This document shows, one piece after another, positions 1 through 9,358 of a stretch of 64,000 nucleotides of DNA. Each line of letters opens with the position of its first letter. Position 1 is the stretch's first letter. The DNA comes from an uncultured Pseudomonadales bacterium (lineage in GTDB: Bacteria; Patescibacteriota; Microgenomatia; UBA1400; PJMF01), in contig CAYOIJ010000004.1 of NCBI GenBank assembly GCA_964404025.1, forward strand, positions 782-64,781, given 5' to 3'. Made by a program: the position numbers and the translations under genes. Below the pieces are notes generated by a model. That model did not search any database. It saw nothing but the letters and a program-made list of their open reading frames with translations, and was not told where the DNA came from.

Positions 1-116
1 ATTCAAGGCAAAGTGCTTGATCCCTTTATTTATATTTTGGTTTTGTTGTTTGGTTTAATACTTTTATTTTATCGTTCTGGTCGTTCTTTAAAGTCTAATA
101 AAAAAAGATCAATTAG

Positions 117-998
117 ATGAAGATTATTTTTGAGGATGCAAATTTACTAGTAATCAATAAGCCTGCTGGAGTAGTAGTTAACAGGGCTCAAACTCACCAT
201 GAAAATACCGTTCAAGATTGGTTTATAAAATATTTGGGTCAACAGAACTTGCTCCCTGAGTTTATTGCTAAAAATCGTAATCATTGGCAACAATTCATTC
301 CTCATGATTTTCGAGATGACTTCGGTTCTCCAGAAGAAATCTGGCTAAATCGCCAAGGTTTAGTTCACCGCTTAGATAAAGAGACCTCAGGAGCGCTGCT
401 CTTAGCCAAAAACCCAGGAGTTTTAGTTAATTTATTGGCCCAATTTAAACAGAAACAAGTACAGAAAACTTATTTAGCACTTTGTCATGGGCGCTTTGTA
501 CTGGATACTGGCAAAATTAATGCTCCTTTGGCTAGGGCGAGACGCAATCGTTTTCGCTTTGCCATTAGTGCTACAGGCAAGAGAGCTGAAACTAACTATC
601 AGGTTATTGAAAGATATCAAGACTTTGATTGGCAGACTTTGGAGAAACAAACATTAATCAATAATGAACTTTTTTCGAAAAAAAATATCAAAAAAATTTT
701 AAAGCGAGGTCCGCAGCTTTACCAGGCAGGTTTTACCCTAGTTAAGGCTAAGCCCCAAACTGGACGCACTCATCAAATTCGGGTTCACTTTGCCTCAATG
801 CAGCACCCCTTAGTTGCTGACAAAATTTACTCAGGAAGGAAGCGACAGGATTTAGATCATCTCTGGTGTCCAAGACACTTTTTACATGCTAGTAGTTTAG
901 AGTTTTATTTACCGACGGGCTCAGTGTGGGGAAAAAGACAATTGGTGAAAGTCCCATTAATTGATGATTTACAACAAGCATTGGCTTTGTTAGAATAA
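117..998 (+). CDS. RluA-family 23S rRNA pseudouridine synthase
   Basis: Catalytic motif HRLDKETSGALLLAK, plus the downstream motifs LCHG and HQIRVH typical of RluA/RluC/RluD. Confidence 0.8.
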   Translation: MKIIFEDANLLVINKPAGVVVNRAQTHHENTVQDWFIKYLGQQNLLPEFIAKNRNHWQQFIPHDFRDDFGSPEEIWLNRQGLVHRLDKETSGALLLAKNPGVLVNLLAQFKQKQVQKTYLALCHGRFVLDTGKINAPLARARRNRFRFAISATGKRAETNYQVIERYQDFDWQTLEKQTLINNELFSKKNIKKILKRGPQLYQAGFTLVKAKPQTGRTHQIRVHFASMQHPLVADKIYSGRKRQDLDHLWCPRHFLHASSLEFYLPTGSVWGKRQLVKVPLIDDLQQALALLE

Positions 999-1138
999 AT
1001 TTGTTAAGCAAAGAGTGCGAAAGAGCGTTAAGCTTTTCGTATTCCCAAGCAACGAATTTTGACTTTTTAGTCAAGAGGAAACCAAGTGAATAAGAAAAGT
1101 TCAGCGCTCTTTTTTTATTAAACATAGAAAGAGCAGCG

Positions 1139-1753
1139 ATGAAATTTAACAGCATTATATTTGAACAGGATCAGGCGCGATATATTGTGCCTAGTTGGCA
1201 AGACTTAGATCAGCTAAGCTTTGAATTAGCTCAAAAAATAATTGAATCAGGCAAAGAATTTGATTTGGTGGTGGCTTTAGCCAAGGGAGCCTGGCCCATG
1301 AGTCGCACTTTAGTTGACTATTTAGCCATTTCCACTCTAGTGAGCTTGGGTGTTAGATTCTATTCTGGAATTAATGAGCGTCTTAGTGAACCAGCAGTTT
1401 ATCAAGATTTGCCGGTAAGTGTAGTGGATAAGAAAATACTACTTTTTGACGAGGTGGCGGATACCGGTGAATCGCTAGTATTTGCTAGTGATTACCTGTT
1501 AGAGCAGGGGGCAAGTGAAGTAAAAACTGCTACTCTTTTTTTCAAAGAGCGCTCGGCTATTACTCCAGATTACTATGCTAGTACTACTAATTCTTGGATT
1601 ATTTTCCCTTTTGAAGTGAGAGAAATGATGGTCTTGTTGGCGAGTAATTGGCGAGAGCAGGGGATTGATGAGGAAGAAATTAGTAATAGGTTTAATCAGC
1701 TAAATTTTAAAAAACACATTAGTAGTTATTTTTTAAAAATAAATAATAAATAG
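1139..1753 (+). CDS. Phosphoribosyltransferase (type I PRTase) family protein
   Basis: PRPP-binding signature 'LLFDEVADTGESL' (hydrophobic-run-D-[DE]-x-x-x-T-G); ~200 aa like purine/xanthine PRTases. Confidence 0.55.
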   Translation: MKFNSIIFEQDQARYIVPSWQDLDQLSFELAQKIIESGKEFDLVVALAKGAWPMSRTLVDYLAISTLVSLGVRFYSGINERLSEPAVYQDLPVSVVDKKILLFDEVADTGESLVFASDYLLEQGASEVKTATLFFKERSAITPDYYASTTNSWIIFPFEVREMMVLLASNWREQGIDEEEISNRFNQLNFKKHISSYFLKINNK

Positions 1754-1766
1754 AAGGGGTCCGATT

Positions 1767-1985
1767 ATGGGTAAGGAATATTTAACCGACTTGAAAGCGA
1801 AAAAAGAAGCTGATTTAAGAGTTATGTTGAAAGAGGCAGAATCTGACAGAAATTACCAATTACAACTTGATATCTATCGCTTACTTTTGCCTTTTGAGGA
1901 GCGTCCTTGTTTAGCTTTGACCGCGATTAAAGAGTTGGAAGAGCTAATAAATAGGACAGTAAATCCAGAGGAAAACGCAATTTAA
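1767..1985 (+). CDS. Small hypothetical protein (72 aa)
   Basis: ORF with a compositionally normal product, tightly spaced ahead of the next gene; no motif recognised. Confidence 0.3.
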   Translation: MGKEYLTDLKAKKEADLRVMLKEAESDRNYQLQLDIYRLLLPFEERPCLALTAIKELEELINRTVNPEENAI

Positions 1986-1999
1986 ATGTTTGAGTCATT

Positions 2000-2875
2000 T
2001 TGATTATGCCAATTACTGTTTTTTCTAGCGAAAGACTTACTCAAGAAGAGAGAATTAGAGCGTCTAGAAAAGAACAGTTGCGTCAGTTAATGTATGATCT
2101 AAGTGCTCTGGTGATCAATACTGCTAACAAAAACAAAGCTTTAGCACTAGCAGAACTGATTAATCGTCTGACAAATCAGCAATTAGTTTCTAGAGAGGTA
2201 ATCTGTTTTGCCGATCCCAATCAAGAACAATGTGCTGTTCGAGCTGCTACAGTTGCTCAGAGTAAGGTAGAAAATCTAATTAAGGACTTAGAGTCTCATC
2301 CAGAACATTGTCGCTCTATTGATGGTGAGTGCAGCTTAGAGATGAATTTATTACTTAGTCAACTAGTTTTATTTGCAGGTTCAGATGTTAACGCTTTTAT
2401 TCAAGAGGCAGATCAAACCTGGCATCAAAATCACCAATTGTCCAGACTTCATGCAGAAAAACTGCCAGACGAAAAATTTTGGCAATTGCGTCAAGAACTG
2501 CGCCAACAATTTTGTTTTCCCGAAAACAAGCAAGTGGTATTGCGTTGGGACATAGCTAGTCATTTAGTGAATGGTCGAGATCATAGTTTTAGTGATTTAA
2601 TAGAGGTAGTAAGTCGGCCAGTCGATCCCGAATTATTGGATAAGTATTTATTCGCAGCTTTAGACAACGGTCTTATTTTAGAATCAAATCAACATTTTGC
2701 TGCTTTAGAGTGTTTAATTGATAATGGACAAATTATTAGCACCAGTCACTTGCCACGAGAACTAGAGGAGAGAGGCGCTAGTTTAGCCGATTTTAGCAGT
2801 TTTGAAGTATCTCCGGTGCTTTTATCAGCATTTTTATACTCCGTTGTTAATAATACACCTGTTTACATCCCATAA
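2000..2875 (+). CDS. Hypothetical protein (291 aa)
   Basis: Long ORF filling the space between flanking genes; no recognisable family. Confidence 0.35.
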   Translation: MIMPITVFSSERLTQEERIRASRKEQLRQLMYDLSALVINTANKNKALALAELINRLTNQQLVSREVICFADPNQEQCAVRAATVAQSKVENLIKDLESHPEHCRSIDGECSLEMNLLLSQLVLFAGSDVNAFIQEADQTWHQNHQLSRLHAEKLPDEKFWQLRQELRQQFCFPENKQVVLRWDIASHLVNGRDHSFSDLIEVVSRPVDPELLDKYLFAALDNGLILESNQHFAALECLIDNGQIISTSHLPRELEERGASLADFSSFEVSPVLLSAFLYSVVNNTPVYIP

Positions 2876-2938
2876 TTTTTATAAAAACTATCCCATAACA
2901 TTTATATTCTTTTGTTTGCTAGATTTAGCCAGAAAGCA

Positions 2939-2947
2939 TGTTATAAT
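2939..2947 (+). promoter_or_regulatory. Candidate extended -10 promoter element (TGtTATAAT) upstream of rpsB
   Basis: TGtTATAAT lies ~100 bp upstream of the rpsB start; there is no strong -35, as is common for extended -10 promoters. Confidence 0.3.
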
Positions 2948-3043
2948 TTAAACTCTAATTATTAAATTTGGTCTTAGTATCTTCTTTCCTGATTAAATAC
3001 TAAAACCCATTTCGGACGAGATCTGAAATAAACAAGGAACAAT

Positions 3044-4060
3044 ATGGCAGAAAGCAAAAAAGCTTCTAAAACTAAAAAAAGTGCTCCCAGCAAGAAAACT
3101 GCTGTTAAAAAAGTGGTTAAAAAAACGGCCAAGAAAGCGGTTAAGAAAGTAGAGAAGAGTAGTGCTAAAAAAGCCCCTACTTCAGTTAAAAAGACTTCTC
3201 CAAAAAAGCCTAGTGTTAAGAAAATAGATTCAAAAAAAGAAGAAGCAATTAAAACAAGTTCTGAAACAACTCCAGCTACAAAAACAAAAAAAACAGAGGA
3301 AAAATCTTCAGTAGAGGAAAAATCTTCAGTAGAAGAGAAATCTTCAGTAAAAAATCGAGAGATTGACGGCGAGTTGCCAGAAATTGATTTACAAGCTATG
3401 TTTGAGGCAGGTTGTCATCTGGGTCATAAAGTTTCTAAATGGCATCCTAAGATGGAGCCTTTTATCTATACTAGTGAAGGTGGCATACATATTTTTGATT
3501 TAGAGAAGACTGCGGAACAACTAGAATTAGCTTGTCAGCGTTTTTATAATTTGGCTAAAGAGGGAAAGAGTTTATTAATGTTGGGCACCAAACGCTCAGC
3601 TCGTGAAATAGTTAAAGAAGCAGCTGTTGAAATGGGTTGCTTTTATATTGTTTCTCGCTGGATGGGTGGTTTATTAACCAATTTTAACCAATTGCAAAAA
3701 TCTATTAAGAGGATGAGTGAGATTGAAACTGGTTTGGAATCTGGAAAATTTGATAAATATACCAAATATGAACGCCTACAATTAGATAAAGAAAAAACCC
3801 GTTTGGAAAGATTTTTTATGGGGCTGAAGGGTTTAAAGGGCAAGCCAGACTGTGTATTTGTGGTTGATTCAGAAAAAGAAAATATAGCTGTCAAAGAATC
3901 CATTAGTGAGAATGTTGAAGTGATTGCTATTGCTGATAGCAACGCTGATCCAAGAGAGATTAACATTGTCATTCCTGCAAATGATGATGCAGCAAAAAGC
4001 GTTGCTTATATTGTGAATTGTTTGAAGACTGCCTACAATGCTGGTAAAACAGCGCGTTAA
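3044..4060 (+). CDS. rpsB: 30S ribosomal protein S2 with a ~105-aa lysine-rich N-terminal extension
   Basis: Conserved S2 core starts at 'MFEAGCHLGHKVSKWHPKM...EGGIHIFDLEKT'. The N-terminal AKK/KKA-rich tail contains 3x EEKSSV encoded by 21-bp tandem repeats. RBS AAGGAA upstream. Confidence 0.9.
   Translation: MAESKKASKTKKSAPSKKTAVKKVVKKTAKKAVKKVEKSSAKKAPTSVKKTSPKKPSVKKIDSKKEEAIKTSSETTPATKTKKTEEKSSVEEKSSVEEKSSVKNREIDGELPEIDLQAMFEAGCHLGHKVSKWHPKMEPFIYTSEGGIHIFDLEKTAEQLELACQRFYNLAKEGKSLLMLGTKRSAREIVKEAAVEMGCFYIVSRWMGGLLTNFNQLQKSIKRMSEIETGLESGKFDKYTKYERLQLDKEKTRLERFFMGLKGLKGKPDCVFVVDSEKENIAVKESISENVEVIAIADSNADPREINIVIPANDDAAKSVAYIVNCLKTAYNAGKTAR
3296..3352 (+). repeat. Three tandem 21-bp repeats inside rpsB (encode EEKSSV x3)
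   Basis: gaggaaaaatcttcagta / gaggaaaaatcttcagta / gaagagaaatcttcagta read directly from the sequence. Confidence 0.8.
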
Positions 4061-4081
4061 TAGTCATTGAAAGGTTAAAAA

Positions 4082-4546
4082 ATGGCAATAACTATGGAAT
4101 CAATTAAGAAACTACGTCAAGAAACTGGAGCCCGAATTATGGATTGTAAGAAGGCTTTAGAGGAGGCGAAGGGTGATTTAAAATTAGCCAAAAAGTACGT
4201 TCAAGAAAAAGGTTTAGCTAGAGCAGAAAAGAGCACTGATCGTGAAGCGGGTGTTGGTTATATTGCTAGTTATACTCATGCTACAGGTCAAATTGCTAGT
4301 TTAGTAGAATTACTCTGTGAAACAGATTTTGTAGCGGCCAACGAAGAATTCCGTCAATTGGCTCAAAATTTAGCTATGCAAGTGGCAGCTATGAATCCTC
4401 AAGACAAAGAAGAATTATTAAAACAAGATTTTATTAGAGAGAGCGGTCAAACTGTAGACATGGTTATTAAAGCTTTGTCAGGAAAGATTGGTGAAAAAAT
4501 AGTTTTAGGTCGCTTCATACGTTTTGTGGTTGGTCAAGAGAACTAA
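4082..4546 (+). CDS. tsf: Elongation factor Ts, minimal 154-aa form
   Basis: N-terminal 'LRQETGARIMDCKKALEEAKGD' (UBA-like EF-Tu-binding domain), 'ETDFVAANEEF', and C-terminal 'GRFIRFVVG'. Located directly after rpsB, the conserved rpsB-tsf order. Confidence 0.85.
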   Translation: MAITMESIKKLRQETGARIMDCKKALEEAKGDLKLAKKYVQEKGLARAEKSTDREAGVGYIASYTHATGQIASLVELLCETDFVAANEEFRQLAQNLAMQVAAMNPQDKEELLKQDFIRESGQTVDMVIKALSGKIGEKIVLGRFIRFVVGQEN

Positions 4547-4587
4547 AAAAGTGTTAAACTAAAAACTAGAAGAAAATATTCTTTGCT

Positions 4588-5568
4588 ATGCGTGATTACT
4601 GCCCATCTCGCCAAGAACAAAAGAAACTTAAGGCTAAAAAAGTTAAAGCCAAAAAGTCACGACGATCAAAAAAAAAGAAAAGATCTATATCTTCTGCTTG
4701 GCAAAAATTTTTTTTAATCTTGTTTTCAATATTTTTGGTATTATTGTTAGCAATCTTTTTTATTTATTTGCTTCGTACCCAACAATCTAAAAAGAATCAA
4801 TTAAGTTGCACTCAACACTTGCTTATAACAGAAACGGGTCGACCACATGCTTGGGTAGTGTTGGCGCCCGCAGAACAAAAAGTAAAAGTATTAACTTTCA
4901 ATAAACTGAGTATTCAAAAATGGAATGAGCTGGGTCCAGATTCAGAGCTAAGTGTTGATGAAGAAATATTATTTTTTAGTTTATTGTTTGATGTTTTTGT
5001 TGATCAAGTTATAGAATATAAATCTCAAGAGATTAGTAAAAATAAGCAAAATCAATTTAAAGAATTTCTAATTAATGAATTAAAGGATAGGGGAGTCAAA
5101 AATTTGGCCTTTTATTTAGAAGGATTTCAACCCAATTGGGAATGGGTAGATGAAGAAAACTTTTCAGACATTGAAGCAGAACGCTTGAGATTGAAAAGTT
5201 TTTTGGACAGAAATACTGGAGCTAATTATGGAAAAGTTTTTGAGTGTCCAGTAGCGGTTATTAACAGTAGTGGAGAGGCTGGTTTAGCTACTACTTTTAC
5301 TGGGCTTTTGGAGAAGGATGGTTTTTCTGTAGTCAAAAGAGATAGTGGGCCTGAAATTTTGACAGAAACTACTTTACTTGTAGATCAGGAGGCGACAGCC
5401 TGCCAATTATTGATCAGTCGATTCAAACAATTGATGCCAGATAAAGCCATTAATCACAATCGAGAACTAGCGCAACAATATCGGGCTAGTGCAGTAATTT
5501 TTTTGGCTGAGGATTTATCGAAACTGAGAATCAGTAATTTTAACTTTTTGAATGATGATTCCCAGTAG
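4588..5568 (+). CDS. LytR_C-domain (LCP-associated) membrane-anchored protein with lysine-rich N-terminus
   Basis: N-terminal KKxK-rich tail, one TM helix, and a C-terminal 'VAVINSSGEAGLATTFTGLLEKDGFSVVKRDSGPE...TTLLVDQEA' matching the LytR C-terminal domain pattern. Confidence 0.5.
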   Translation: MRDYCPSRQEQKKLKAKKVKAKKSRRSKKKKRSISSAWQKFFLILFSIFLVLLLAIFFIYLLRTQQSKKNQLSCTQHLLITETGRPHAWVVLAPAEQKVKVLTFNKLSIQKWNELGPDSELSVDEEILFFSLLFDVFVDQVIEYKSQEISKNKQNQFKEFLINELKDRGVKNLAFYLEGFQPNWEWVDEENFSDIEAERLRLKSFLDRNTGANYGKVFECPVAVINSSGEAGLATTFTGLLEKDGFSVVKRDSGPEILTETTLLVDQEATACQLLISRFKQLMPDKAINHNRELAQQYRASAVIFLAEDLSKLRISNFNFLNDDSQ

Positions 5569-5600
5569 AATATTTTTTTCTTAGAAGCCATAATGCAGTA

Positions 5601-7070
5601 TTGATGAAAAAGATAAAACATCAAAATAAATTATTTGGTTTTAAGCTGAAACACATAATTCTCATATTAATAGTTTTATTACTTGTTACTGCATTAAGTT
5701 TTGACAAGTATGCAAAGTTTTCTTTCGATTTAGATGAAATTTTTACAGTTTACAATAGTAAAAACATTAACCCCTTCGATTACTGGACTGCTTTAAATTA
5801 TGATTTAGGAAATCCACAACTTTTTGTTGTTTTATTAAAACTTTTTGTACTAGTATCAGATTCGTCAGATATTTGGTTGAGAACTTTACCTTTGATTTTT
5901 TACTTATTATCAGTTTGGGTTTTTATTAAGATCTTGAATGAATTTAAAATATCAGAAAAATTACGTCTTTTGACTGTTATCATTTATCTAGGTTTGTCAC
6001 CATTCTGGTTTTTTAGATTTTATGTAAGAGCCTATTCACTTTTGTTACTTCTAATTTTATTGACAATTTATCAAAGTTTTAAAATAATCAAAAATCCTCG
6101 ATCAATTGAATTAAAAAGATTGATGATAATTATATTTTTTGGTTTTCATAGCCACTATATTTATTGGATTTTTAATGCAATTTGGATAGCAACACTGTTT
6201 TTTACTGGTGTATTAAAAAAAATTTTAACTAAGTTGGGCAGCAAGAAGTTTTTTAAAATTGTTGGCATAGGCGTCATTTCATTGTTTCCCATTGTAATCA
6301 ATTTAGTTTCGAGGGAACTGATAAATAGTGTTAACCGTTATTATTTTTTTCAGCTAGACTTAATTCATCCTTCTTCTTTAGAAATTCTTCAGTTCATTTT
6401 AAAAATGGATCTAAATTATAATTTTTTTAAATTAATTGATGTTTTTTTCTGGTTAATTCTGTTTGTTGGTGGTGTTTTGGCAATCAAGAAAAAGACAAAT
6501 AAAAATCAAGAGATATGGCTAGTTTTTTCAATTTTATTTTGGTCAGTTTATTTCCTAACTCCATTGAAGAATTTTTTAAGCGTATTTAAATATATATCTG
6601 TTTTTACATTATTTGTACCAATTAGTCTTGTTCTTATTTTAAATAAATTATTTAATTTAGAGCGTTCTTTAAAATCAAAAACAATCATGCTTGTAAGTAC
6701 TATGTTAGTAATTGTCTGGTCCTTACTGCCACCACTAAAAACAATCAGAGTCGACTATGGAGATGATTGGAAAACAGTGGTTAATAAGGTTTCTCGATCC
6801 TCAATTAACTCTGCAGTTGTTATTGATTGTATAGATAAACTAGGTTTTGATTATTATGCAATTAAAAGCTTGGAATTTTATGGGTTTAAGGGTTTTAGTT
6901 CGGGAAACCATTGTGGCTTGCCATCTATAATTGATAATGCGCAAGTTTTGGAAAATATTTTGGTAGTTGGAGATGGGGTGCTTCCTTTGCCGATAGAAGA
7001 CAGTCATAATTTGATTTTTTATTCAGAAAAATATTTTCCAATCAAGTTTTATTATTATCAAAGAAAATAA
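5601..7070 (+). CDS. Polytopic integral membrane protein (possible glycosyltransferase-39-like / hypothetical)
   Basis: 489 aa with more than 10 hydrophobic segments; no catalytic motif confidently seen. Confidence 0.4.
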   Translation: MMKKIKHQNKLFGFKLKHIILILIVLLLVTALSFDKYAKFSFDLDEIFTVYNSKNINPFDYWTALNYDLGNPQLFVVLLKLFVLVSDSSDIWLRTLPLIFYLLSVWVFIKILNEFKISEKLRLLTVIIYLGLSPFWFFRFYVRAYSLLLLLILLTIYQSFKIIKNPRSIELKRLMIIIFFGFHSHYIYWIFNAIWIATLFFTGVLKKILTKLGSKKFFKIVGIGVISLFPIVINLVSRELINSVNRYYFFQLDLIHPSSLEILQFILKMDLNYNFFKLIDVFFWLILFVGGVLAIKKKTNKNQEIWLVFSILFWSVYFLTPLKNFLSVFKYISVFTLFVPISLVLILNKLFNLERSLKSKTIMLVSTMLVIVWSLLPPLKTIRVDYGDDWKTVVNKVSRSSINSAVVIDCIDKLGFDYYAIKSLEFYGFKGFSSGNHCGLPSIIDNAQVLENILVVGDGVLPLPIEDSHNLIFYSEKYFPIKFYYYQRK

Positions 7071-7137
7071 TTAATAAGATAAAAACCTGATAGTCAAAAA
7101 ATTTTCGTTTAGCTAAGACTAGAGGAGAGTAGTCAAT

Positions 7138-7896
7138 TTAAGAATTGGAGCTTTGGATTTTTTTCATGACAGTTTCTAAACCATCGCTTTGATCGTCATC
7201 ATCTTCATCAGTGCTGATAATTCCTAGTGGAATATCCTTTTCCAGCACAATATCTTCTCCAAGATTAAATTGGTTGTTGATTTTTTTACTCGGGAAAGAC
7301 TGTAGTTGTGAGTTTTTTTTAGAACGCAGAACCTCCTTTAACTGTACACAACATTGTTTATCATCAATTTTGTAAATAACACAGCTATATTGATTGCCAC
7401 CAACAATTAGCTTACTCAAGCGAAAAGAAATGTCTTCGGGTAGTGCGCCTATATGTTTTTTCTTGTCATCTACGATACTGATGTAGCGATTTTTCGTTTG
7501 TAAAAAACATTGTTGACCAACCTTTAACTTATTTAATTGTGAGCTGCTAGTTAAGCGATGTAGGGAAATAATTTTACTTTTACCTGGTTCTTCAATAAAA
7601 TCAGCGTTATTATTAAAAATAATGTCGGGAGTTTTTTCTTTGTTTTTAATTTTTTTTAGGTGTTTATTGGCAATGATGTTAGAACGATCAATGGTTAAAA
7701 CATTTTTAAAAATTTTTTTTGCTTCTTTTTCTTTTTTGAGTTTGAGCAAAGCGAGGCCCAAGCGATTCATTGCTTCTAAGTTTTTTGGAGATTGTTCAAG
7801 TATTTCCTGATTAATGAGGACGGCATTGTTCCAATCAGCATCTTTGACTGCTTGAATGGCTTTAGCTCTTAGCAGGGAGCTATTTGGCATAGTCAT
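7138..7896 (-). CDS. TPR-repeat protein with acidic C-terminal tail
   Basis: N-terminal TPR-like repeats ('AIQAVKDADWNNAVLINQEILEQSPKNLEAMNRLGLALLKLKKEKEAKKIFKNVL') and a C-terminal DEDDDDQSD tail. Confidence 0.45.
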   Translation of the reverse strand: MTMPNSSLLRAKAIQAVKDADWNNAVLINQEILEQSPKNLEAMNRLGLALLKLKKEKEAKKIFKNVLTIDRSNIIANKHLKKIKNKEKTPDIIFNNNADFIEEPGKSKIISLHRLTSSSQLNKLKVGQQCFLQTKNRYISIVDDKKKHIGALPEDISFRLSKLIVGGNQYSCVIYKIDDKQCCVQLKEVLRSKKNSQLQSFPSKKINNQFNLGEDIVLEKDIPLGIISTDEDDDDQSDGLETVMKKIQSSNS

Positions 7897-7997
7897 AAGG
7901 TTTACACCTTTCTTCGGGGATGTTACAGCTTGTTGAGTAAATTGTCAACTCACAAAATTGATAATGAGGGTTTAGCAAGCTTTGTTATAATGTTCTT

Positions 7998-8555
7998 ATG
8001 TCAGGACATAGTAAATGGAGTAACATCAAGAATCGTAAAGACGCCCAAGATAAAGTGAGGGGTAAAATTTTTAGTCAGTTATCTAGACAAATTCGAGCCA
8101 GTGTTAAATCTGGTGGGTCTGGAGATCCAAATCTTAATTCAAATTTGAGATTGATACTAGATAAGGCCAGGGGGGCTAATATGCCTAAGGACAAGATTCA
8201 AAGAGCCATTGACGTGGCTTTAGGTAAAACTGGTGGAAACGAGGTTAAAGAAATAGTTTATGAAGCCTTTACTTCGGGAGGTGTAGCTCTGATGATTGTG
8301 GCTTTAACAGATAATAATAATCGTACAGCCAGTGAGCTTAGAACATTATTAAGTAAGCATGGTGGTTCTTTAGCTGGTCCTGGTAGTGCTGCCTATATGT
8401 TTGAGCGCGATAATGAAGGGGGATTTACAGCTAAGATCAAGATTACGGTAAGTGAAGAGCAAATTCCCTCAATACTTGAGCTAGTTGAATTATTGCTTCA
8501 AAATGAGGATGTAGAAGATGTTTTTGTGGCAACTGATTTGCCAGAAGAAGACTAA
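7998..8555 (+). CDS. YebC/PmpR-family transcriptional regulatory protein (short, 185 aa)
   Basis: N-terminal 'MSGHSKWSNIKNRKDAQDKVRGKIFSQLSRQI' is the YebC signature. Confidence 0.8.
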   Translation: MSGHSKWSNIKNRKDAQDKVRGKIFSQLSRQIRASVKSGGSGDPNLNSNLRLILDKARGANMPKDKIQRAIDVALGKTGGNEVKEIVYEAFTSGGVALMIVALTDNNNRTASELRTLLSKHGGSLAGPGSAAYMFERDNEGGFTAKIKITVSEEQIPSILELVELLLQNEDVEDVFVATDLPEED

Positions 8556-8560
8556 AAGCT

Positions 8561-9328
8561 ATGCGTCGTCGCGAAAAATTTATTATTGTTTCTATATTAC
8601 TATCTCTGGGTTTATTAGCCACACAGTATGTGCCAGCTGATTGGCGTTATGGAGCAATTGCTTTATTTACTGTAATTAGTTATTTTATGTCTGCTTGGGC
8701 TTTAAGTGACGACTTACAAGCTTATGAGTGGCTGACTATTTTACCTTTTCCTGCGCTTTATGCTTTGTCTGTTGGTCTATTTTATTTTCTATTACCAGAG
8801 GTGATATTATCTCGTTTGGCAATTTTAGCCATTTTTGGTGTTGGTATGTACGCCTTATTTTTGACGTCAAATATTTTCTCTGTAGCCAAAGGCAGGACTA
8901 TTCAGCTTTTGTATGCAGCTCATGCTATTGCTTTATTTTTTACGATGATTACTTCTTTATTATTGACCAATACTATTTTTTCATTACGCCTACCTTTTTA
9001 TTTTAATGCTTTGTTAATTGCTGCTGTTCATTTTATTCTGGTGTTGATGTCTTTGTGGTCAGTACAATTAGAACCACGTATTAATAAAGAAATTTTAAAT
9101 TACAGCCTGCTGTTTATTTTAATATTGGCTGAATTTGCTATCTGTTTTTCTTTCTTACCAATGCAGATTTGGCACATTTCTTTATTTATAATGTCTTTGG
9201 TGTATGTAGGTTTATCACTGTTTCAGAATCTATTGCAGGGGAGATTGTTTAAAAACACTGCCACCGAATACGGCTTAGTAGCAATTTTTATTATATTGGC
9301 TTTCATCATGGTTTTTCCAGGTAAATAA
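8561..9328 (+). CDS. Integral membrane protein (hypothetical)
   Basis: 255 aa with ~7 hydrophobic helices; starts 5 nt after the YebC-like gene. Confidence 0.4.
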   Translation: MRRREKFIIVSILLSLGLLATQYVPADWRYGAIALFTVISYFMSAWALSDDLQAYEWLTILPFPALYALSVGLFYFLLPEVILSRLAILAIFGVGMYALFLTSNIFSVAKGRTIQLLYAAHAIALFFTMITSLLLTNTIFSLRLPFYFNALLIAAVHFILVLMSLWSVQLEPRINKEILNYSLLFILILAEFAICFSFLPMQIWHISLFIMSLVYVGLSLFQNLLQGRLFKNTATEYGLVAIFIILAFIMVFPGK

Positions 9329-9330
9329 GT

Positions 9331-9358
9331 AATTTAGATTGATATATCAATCTAAATT
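9331..9358. repeat. dif-like site 1: perfect 28-bp palindrome AATTTAGATTG-ATATAT-CAATCTAAATT (11-6-11)
   Basis: Read directly from the sequence; the reverse complement is identical. The architecture matches Xer recombination sites (two 11-bp arms and a 6-bp AT core). Confidence 0.55.
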
